This document shows positions 48,508 through 54,668 of a DNA stretch of 54,668 bases, piece after piece. Each line of letters begins with the position of its first letter. The first letter of the stretch is position 1. A program made the translations under genes and the position numbers. The notes beneath the pieces were generated by a model, which did not search any database, was not told the DNA's origin, and worked only from the letters and a program-made list of their open reading frames with translations. Source of the stretch: an uncultured Bacteroides sp. (GTDB taxonomy: Bacteria; Bacteroidota; Bacteroidia; Bacteroidales; Bacteroidaceae); assembly GCA_964514145.1 (NCBI GenBank), contig CAZEPM010000002.1, positions 1 through 54,668 on the forward strand, written 5' to 3'.

Positions 48508-49386
48508 TTATCCGATGGTATGATTGGCTAGCAATTCAACAATCAGGCCTTCTACATCTGCATCCGAATCACTGAGAGTTTTGCTTTCTTTAGCTTGGAA
48601 AATAATGTTTTGGATTGTTTTTACTTTAGTGGGTGAACCGGAAAGGCCACATTGTTTAAGGTCGCCATTGACATCGGCTACACTCCATTCTACGAGATTC
48701 AGGTAGGGTCGTTGTACGTAAAGATCCGGATAAGCCGGAGCATTTTGGTTTTTTTCGGTTTGCGTCAGTGCATATTTGTATTTCTGTATGAGTTTGGCAT
48801 TGCGCGGACGGCAAGGAGCGGCCGAGCCATTGACTGTAATCACGATAGGAAGGGGGCCCTCAACTGTTTCCACACCGCCATCGATGTGACGTTTCACGAT
48901 GATCCGGCGTCCGCTTTCGTCTACGTTTAGAATATCTTCAGCATACGTAATTTGGGTCAGTCCCAGTTTTTCGGCTACTTGTGGGCCTACTTGGGCAGTG
49001 TCTCCATCAATAGCCTGACGTCCGCCAATGATGATGTCGCAATCGCCAATTTTGCGGATGGCCATCGATAAGGCATACGAGGTGGCTAGTGTGTCGGCAC
49101 CGGCAAAAGCACGGTCAGTCAGCAGATAGCCATTGTCTGCCCCTCTATAGAGAGCTTCGCGGATGATTTCTGCTGCGCGGGCAGGTCCCATGGTCAAAAC
49201 GGTTACGGTAGATCCCGGATGTTTATCTTTCAGGCGCAACGCTTGTTCGAGCGCATTTAGGTCTTCCGGGTTGAAGATAGCTGGCAGAGCGGCACGGTTC
49301 ACGGTGCCCTCGGCCGTCATGGCATCTTTCCCTACATTGCGTGTGTCGGGAACTTGTTTTGCCAATACAACAATTTTCAAACTCAT
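48508..49386 (-). CDS. etfB: Electron transfer flavoprotein beta subunit
   Basis: KQVPD, NPED, MGP, GADTLAT, GRQAIDGDTAQVG, GLSGSPT; start at ATG 49386. Confidence 0.95.
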   Translation of the reverse strand: MSLKIVVLAKQVPDTRNVGKDAMTAEGTVNRAALPAIFNPEDLNALEQALRLKDKHPGSTVTVLTMGPARAAEIIREALYRGADNGYLLTDRAFAGADTLATSYALSMAIRKIGDCDIIIGGRQAIDGDTAQVGPQVAEKLGLTQITYAEDILNVDESGRRIIVKRHIDGGVETVEGPLPIVITVNGSAAPCRPRNAKLIQKYKYALTQTEKNQNAPAYPDLYVQRPYLNLVEWSVADVNGDLKQCGLSGSPTKVKTIQNIIFQAKESKTLSDSDADVEGLIVELLANHTIG

Positions 49387-49437
49387 GATAGTTATTTTTT
49401 GTATTAGTAATTGATTATCTTTTGATACAAAATCAAG

Positions 49438-49445
49438 CAAATTTA
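49438..49445 (-). promoter_or_regulatory. -7 box (TAAATTTG) for etfB-etfA-acd
   Basis: TAnnTTTG about 50 nt upstream of the etfB ATG. Confidence 0.5.
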
Positions 49446-49755
49446 AAGATTTGTCGGTCTATTCCAAAAGGAAATGTTGTAAAAGTGATGGGTAAGGGGT
49501 GTTTTTGTATCCTTTGTATCTTTTTGTGTGTCGATACGGCTATCCGGATGATTTTGATGCAGCTGTTCGATTGTGAATGTCGGCCGTCGGTTGTCGTGAA
49601 TGGCTTGACATCAGTTGCGGGCGAAGACTGTTCGGTCTGTCAAATGGTTGTAGTCAACAGCTTAAACCCTTGATAGATGGGGTGACCATGCGTACTCAGT
49701 CTGCAGTCGAAATCTTGTCGTTGTAATTCAAATTGCGGATTCATACGTTGCCGGA

Positions 49756-50679
49756 TTAGTTGTTCTTGTTCGCTTGCTCAGCCAACATTTGCGCGCGCGA
49801 TTTACTTTGTGTTACTAAGTAAACTCCCAAGAAAACCAATAAGACGGCTACTCCTTTCATCCATCCGAAAGTGCCCAGTCCGATGGCAACAGACACAATG
49901 GAAGCCACGATGGGTTGAGTATAGTTGTACATACTTAGTACTGTTGGGCGTAGGATTTTCTGGGCGAACATCAGTAATAAGAATGTCATAAACGTGGCGC
50001 CGACCACAACGAATGCGATTTCTCCCCATGTGACGGCCGATATTTTATCGAATGCCAACGATGATACTTCTCGGTAAGAAAGAGGTATAAAGCAGATGGA
50101 TGCGTATGTGAACATCCACTTCATGCAGGTTACAGGGTGATATTTAACGGCAAGCCCTTTGAAGAACGTCAGGTAGACAGCAAAGCTTACTTGCGCAATG
50201 AAACAAAGGATGTCTCCCCAGATGTTACCTGATTTTGCTCCGTGTCCCGTACTTCCTAATATCAGTATCAGGGCTCCTAATGCTCCGAGGAACACCCCTC
50301 CGACTTTTTTACTTGTGATGGGTTCGTGTAGGTATATTGCTGCAAGAATCATGGTTGCAATAGGTGCCATTGTCGTGATGATAGAAGCGTTGATGGGGGA
50401 GGTCAGCGATAGTCCGAAAATGTATACGCCCTGATTAAACACGATGGCAAATAGGGCTGCAAAAAAGAACATCATGAGGTCGTGCGGACGAACGTCTTCA
50501 TGTTTGATAAAGAGTGAGGTTATCCAAAAACATACGGCTCCGCCTACCATGCGGAATGTGGCTAATGAGAGAGCGGTGATTTCGCTGCTCATGATTTCTT
50601 TTCCGATAGGAGCCATCAATCCCCAAGCTATACTAGCTATCAGCATGCATAGATGTCCGGTGTATTTTTTGTTTTGCAT
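49756..50679 (-). CDS. DMT/EamA family transporter
   Basis: About 10 TM helices in two EamA repeats (AWG..FR, GL..TSPINAS, E.I, GD, YNYTQP). Confidence 0.9.
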   Translation of the reverse strand: MQNKKYTGHLCMLIASIAWGLMAPIGKEIMSSEITALSLATFRMVGGAVCFWITSLFIKHEDVRPHDLMMFFFAALFAIVFNQGVYIFGLSLTSPINASIITTMAPIATMILAAIYLHEPITSKKVGGVFLGALGALILILGSTGHGAKSGNIWGDILCFIAQVSFAVYLTFFKGLAVKYHPVTCMKWMFTYASICFIPLSYREVSSLAFDKISAVTWGEIAFVVVGATFMTFLLLMFAQKILRPTVLSMYNYTQPIVASIVSVAIGLGTFGWMKGVAVLLVFLGVYLVTQSKSRAQMLAEQANKNN

Positions 50680-50754
50680 AACGATATGACAACTTTAAAA
50701 TAACGGCGCAAAATTACTGTTTTCTTTTTTGAATAGGTTCTTTGCAAGGGTGAA

Positions 50755-50794
50755 AAAGCAGTCGCCGCGTAAACATTTTCTGTTTACACGGCGA
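50755..50794 (-). terminator. Intrinsic terminator after ppiD
   Basis: TCGCCGCGTAAACA / TGTTTACACGGCGA stem (one G-U on the minus strand) followed by a T-run. Confidence 0.7.
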
Positions 50795-50831
50795 TCATTT
50801 ATTTATAACTTGTCAAATTAAGGAAGTCGTT

Positions 50832-52925
50832 TTAGAAATATAAGTAGCGAGTATCTTCAACGTCAGCTTTTAAGAGTAAATCTCCCATGAACTGACTGGC
50901 CCAACCCATATATTGGTTGCTTAGTCTGTTTGCCTCGTTTGTTTCATTGAATTCGTTTTCTAGTGTGTTTTTGTTGTATGGTTGGAATATAAATACACCT
51001 CCATTGCCTTTAATCGGTGCACTTAATTGATCGATTTCTACTTGTTCTGCTAAACCGCTTAGTGCAGGCTCATTGCTTCGTGTAATGGATACGAATGCGG
51101 GAGCTGCAAATGAAATGTGTGTGATAGAGTCTGTCTCGATATCTTTTATTTGCTTAACAGTTTCAAAACTATTCACATTGGTAAAAGATGCTTTTAGCTG
51201 CTCTGCCTTCTTTTCACGGAGCAATTCTGCACGCAATAGGTTTTGCACTTCACTAATGGGTTTGTATCCTTTTTTGTTGATATGAGACAGTGCAATGATC
51301 ATCAGATGGTCGCCATTTCCGCAATCGTATAGCTGAGAAACGTCTTTAACGTTAGCGTTGAAAATCCATCTCAAGGCTTCTGTTGTTCCGGCAACTCCGT
51401 TAATGAGATGTGCATCGCTCCTGAATTGCGAATAATTACGTAGGTTAAAGCCGTTGTCTTCTGCATTTTTCACAAAATCGTCATAGTTGTTGTTGGCAGC
51501 AAGGAACTGGCTGATTTTATTATAGGCCGTGTTATACGTTTCATTGCTGAATTCAATCGGACGTTTGATGATTGCAGCTTTGTATTTGTTTGTCATTCCT
51601 TTGCGGTTCGTTACCTGAAGAATGATGTTACCTTGTCCTAAATCTATGTTACGCACTTCATTGTTGCTCATCGTGTTGAGAGCGTTGAACAATTTTGCGT
51701 AGTTGGGATCGATGGTTTGTCCTTCATATTGATTAGAGACAATCCATTGGGTCTCACCGTTTGTGTTGTTGTATTTCTTAGCTAGTTCTACAAAGTTTGC
51801 TCCTCCCTTGAGTGCTGTTGTTATGCTGTCTGCCAATGTCTTGGTTGCTTCCAATGTGTTTGAGATGACTTGTATCTGACGGAACTCAATAGAGTCTGGA
51901 GCCAGCTGTTTACTGATGAGCTTGAATGCATTGTATGAATCGTCGCTTGAATTGTAATAAGGACCATATACTTCGCCCACTTTTACGGAGTCTAAGCGCA
52001 AGGCAATGTCCGAAGGAAATCCGTTTTTGGTAGCCGGTATATCGACATAGCTGACTGTCGAGCCTGTCGTACGGATAACCGAAGCATAGTTGTCTGTTAT
52101 GTTCTTCAATTCCAAAGTAGCTTCTGTCACTTCATCCAATGTTTGCTTGCGGTCAGCTTCACTAGGAAGGACGACGTAATCTATGTATTGGATGTCGCGT
52201 GTTTCCACATCGTTCTTATATTGTTCTTTTTTCTTGTTGTATAACGCTTTGATTTCACTGTCTGAAATCGTAATCGTAGAGTCGGCAATGGTCGAATAGG
52301 GTAGCATTGCTAAAACTACGTCCGACTCATTCATTCGCTCATTGTAGGAGTTTTCTATTGCGATGGGGTTTGCTATGATTGACTTCTGGATCAGTGCGTA
52401 ATATTTGTTTGCCAATAAGGCCTGTTTCAATTGCTTTTCCGTGCTTGACATGATTAGGGCAGCTTCTGCTCTTGGAGCCTGACTGACAATCGCCTCCATA
52501 ATGGTTTTGTCAAACATGCGCGTTTGGGGATTGACAAAAGGGGTTTGGTTGAGCAGAGGACTGGTCCCTTCATTGATAAGATTGGCAATTTCTTCGTCAG
52601 TAACTGTAAGACCTAATTTGTCAGCCTGCTCTTTGATAAGTTTGTATGATAGATAAGATTGCCATATCTGGTCTCTTAGCTGAGCAAGGTCGTTGTCTCT
52701 TAATTGGCGGTTATACAATAGTTCTAACACGCTTGTTTCTTCTTCCACCATGCTTTGGAATTCTTGTGCAGAGAGTTTTTCGCCATTGATGATACCGGCA
52801 TTCTGATTATTCTGATGTGGTTGGAAAACTCTCCATGCATCTCCGGCAATGAACGCAAAAAGCGCCACACCAATAACAATGACCAAAAGAGGTCCTTTGC
52901 TTCTGATTTTCTGTAAAGTAGCCAT
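50832..52925 (-). CDS. ppiD: PpiD/SurA-like membrane-anchored peptidyl-prolyl isomerase/chaperone
   Basis: MATLQKIRSKGPLLVIVIGVALFAFI anchor, KLGLTVTDEE SurA-N motif, parvulin-like FVELAKKY, ends in D.RYLYF. Confidence 0.85.
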   Translation of the reverse strand: MATLQKIRSKGPLLVIVIGVALFAFIAGDAWRVFQPHQNNQNAGIINGEKLSAQEFQSMVEEETSVLELLYNRQLRDNDLAQLRDQIWQSYLSYKLIKEQADKLGLTVTDEEIANLINEGTSPLLNQTPFVNPQTRMFDKTIMEAIVSQAPRAEAALIMSSTEKQLKQALLANKYYALIQKSIIANPIAIENSYNERMNESDVVLAMLPYSTIADSTITISDSEIKALYNKKKEQYKNDVETRDIQYIDYVVLPSEADRKQTLDEVTEATLELKNITDNYASVIRTTGSTVSYVDIPATKNGFPSDIALRLDSVKVGEVYGPYYNSSDDSYNAFKLISKQLAPDSIEFRQIQVISNTLEATKTLADSITTALKGGANFVELAKKYNNTNGETQWIVSNQYEGQTIDPNYAKLFNALNTMSNNEVRNIDLGQGNIILQVTNRKGMTNKYKAAIIKRPIEFSNETYNTAYNKISQFLAANNNYDDFVKNAEDNGFNLRNYSQFRSDAHLINGVAGTTEALRWIFNANVKDVSQLYDCGNGDHLMIIALSHINKKGYKPISEVQNLLRAELLREKKAEQLKASFTNVNSFETVKQIKDIETDSITHISFAAPAFVSITRSNEPALSGLAEQVEIDQLSAPIKGNGGVFIFQPYNKNTLENEFNETNEANRLSNQYMGWASQFMGDLLLKADVEDTRYLYF

Positions 52926-53172
52926 TTAAGTTATGTTTTATTGTTTTACTCTTTTATACTTGGGTAGTTGATTTAGCGCACGAAGATACAAAAAGGATTA
53001 GAAACAAGCGATGAAAAAAGCAATAAATTGTGTCATTCAATGCCTTTAACCCGCAATTTTACCCTTTAATTCGTTGCAAATTCTCTATTGGGACTTTTCC
53101 TGATATCTTCCAACAGCAAAAAATAAGATAGCATGCAGCATGCAAACAAACTCCGGTTGAATCCTTGAAGTG

Positions 53173-53799
53173 TTAGGATGGAACAGAATCTTCCCGGATC
53201 GAATCGGTCGGTTGGTCTTCCACAGGGAAGATACCTGCTGTATTGTGAATGATATAATCCGTAAAATCCTGATTAGAGTTAAATCCGTATCCTGTTAAGA
53301 TTTTATCTATTTGCTGAATTCGGATAAACCGATCGGAATAGACTTTTTCTTTGTTCTGATCCCAATACAGTTGTTCGGTATTGAATTTTTCTCCTTTTAT
53401 ATTTATTATGCTCACGTGTCCACGCAAATCCCACAATTTAATTTTATCGTAGAAATAAGCCGTGTCAGCTTTAATTTTTGCCTCAATATGCATAGAGTCT
53501 GTGTATTGTTCCAGATAAATCCCTTTTTCAAACGACCATTGGCTGGTATCCAACTGGTCGTACACATCCCATTCTTCAGCAATAATTTTGTAACGTATAA
53601 CTCCGGAATCCGATATCAGGGTAGAAACTCCGATGGAACTCATCATAGGAATCGCCTTTGGATCGTTTATGGCCGGTGCCATCTGTTTTTGATTGTTTTG
53701 ACAAGAAACACAAACGCATAACGACATAACCAGAATGCCCCGTATGGCAAGACTGTTACAAAGAAAGTTGATTGTATGTTCAGGCTTTTGTTGAAACAT
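53173..53799 (-). CDS. lptC: LPS export ABC transporter periplasmic protein LptC
   Basis: TLISDSG, F.KGIYLE, ADTAY, TEQLYWDQ..VYSD, GYGF.SNQ. Confidence 0.85.
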   Translation of the reverse strand: MFQQKPEHTINFLCNSLAIRGILVMSLCVCVSCQNNQKQMAPAINDPKAIPMMSSIGVSTLISDSGVIRYKIIAEEWDVYDQLDTSQWSFEKGIYLEQYTDSMHIEAKIKADTAYFYDKIKLWDLRGHVSIINIKGEKFNTEQLYWDQNKEKVYSDRFIRIQQIDKILTGYGFNSNQDFTDYIIHNTAGIFPVEDQPTDSIREDSVPS

Positions 53800-53821
53800 A
53801 GTCAGGGGTTCTAGGCTGTCT

Positions 53822-54668
53822 TTATTTAACCAGCATCTTGCGGAACCAATCCTCGTTGAATGTTAAGCCTATGTTGATTCGTAAATATTTTTCTTCGATA
53901 AGCCCGCTTTGTTTGGGAGTAACGTTTACATATTGGGCTGTAATGGCTAAGATAGAACGGTTGTTATAGCCGTTTATGATAGGTATGCCCACGCCGCCTT
54001 CGATTCCGTATTCTTTCAGCTCAGAGTTCTTGACAGAGATATAGGGTTTGGAGTAGTAACCTCCAATCCTGAATCGCATACGATGAAAGAAATTTCTGCT
54101 TCGGGGATTGTGTATGTATTCCGCTCCCATTGAAATGCGCGATGCGTTCTGAAAACTCCACTCTTCATAGTCTTGCTCAGAGTCGGTTTGTGTGAAATGG
54201 GGAAATTTCACGTCCGCCCATTTTTGGAATGTATAGTCCAATCCGATGGTCACGCGATTGTCATACACATACGTAAGTCCTACACCAAATGTGTGCGGAA
54301 TTTGGAATGCGTTGGTGATGGTGTCTATCGATTGTTCGATGGCGCTTGACGAATAAGTCAGTTGTTGCACCTTATAGGCATCGTTGTTTACATTGTGTCC
54401 GAGTGAATACGTCGCTCCCAAGGTCAGCGAATGTCTTTCTTTCCAATCATAGGTGTATTGCAATCCTAAATCCAGTTTATACGTACTGATGTCGCTTTGA
54501 TAACCGCGAAGATTGTAATAGATGCTCGAGTTTGTATAGGAGTTCTGTATCGTGTGAGTCAGTTCGCCATATAAATAAGAAAAATTGAAACCGACGGAGA
54601 AGTTCTTGAAAACTTCCACACCGATTCCGGCAAAGATTTGCCGAAGTCCGCCTTCACCCGAAAAACTG
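53822..54668 (-). CDS. Outer-membrane beta-barrel protein (FadL-like), 5'-truncated by the window edge
   Basis: Frame is open to the window end (..GEGGLRQIFAGIG..); amphipathic strands; C-terminal IGLTFNEDWF. Confidence 0.75.
   Translation of the reverse strand, partial: SFSGEGGLRQIFAGIGVEVFKNFSVGFNFSYLYGELTHTIQNSYTNSSIYYNLRGYQSDISTYKLDLGLQYTYDWKERHSLTLGATYSLGHNVNNDAYKVQQLTYSSSAIEQSIDTITNAFQIPHTFGVGLTYVYDNRVTIGLDYTFQKWADVKFPHFTQTDSEQDYEEWSFQNASRISMGAEYIHNPRSRNFFHRMRFRIGGYYSKPYISVKNSELKEYGIEGGVGIPIINGYNNRSILAITAQYVNVTPKQSGLIEEKYLRINIGLTFNEDWFRKMLVK

Noticed and set aside
47925..48575. 216-aa plus-strand ORF
   Set aside because: Antisense shadow of etfA/etfB
1..54668. Mobile elements, prophage, defence systems, tRNA/rRNA
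   Set aside because: No transposase, integrase, phage or defence motifs in any ORF, and no recognisable structural RNA genes

Overview
A 54.7-kb stretch of core chromosome from a Bacteroidales bacterium, judged from gene content and many TAnnTTTG -7 promoter boxes. It holds about 46 mostly housekeeping genes: msrC-like GAF, rlmB-recN-coaBC-DEDDh exonuclease-dnaN, trpB2, exbB-hyp-exbD-exbD, yicC-gmk-nadD-MORN-menA, tsaB-DUF4290-murA-rimM-M23-dxr-rseP, metA-rlhA, hppA, prmA, two FadL-like outer-membrane proteins, tricorn protease, a YciO-like protein, a Pif1-TPR helicase, GH2+GH43, etfB-etfA-acd, EamA, ppiD and lptC. I found no rRNA, tRNA, CRISPR, transposase, integrase or phage genes, and no convincing new multi-gene system. 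The best leads are: (1) a C-rich to G-rich strand-skew switch at about 8.55 kb next to dnaN, which could be oriC or an inversion breakpoint; (2) a 5 x 22-bp tandem array of palindromic units at 12911-13020; (3) a probable 1-nt frameshift in the gene at 34.7-35.2 kb; (4) a tandem operator-like pair upstream of a disordered protein + FadL operon; (5) an overlooked 52-aa membrane ORF between gmk and nadD; (6) diagnostic residues, namely the Na+,H+-PPase signature, MurA Cys->Asp, an M23 His->Tyr change and a dead trypsin domain. Family assignments come from motif recognition only; no searches were run.
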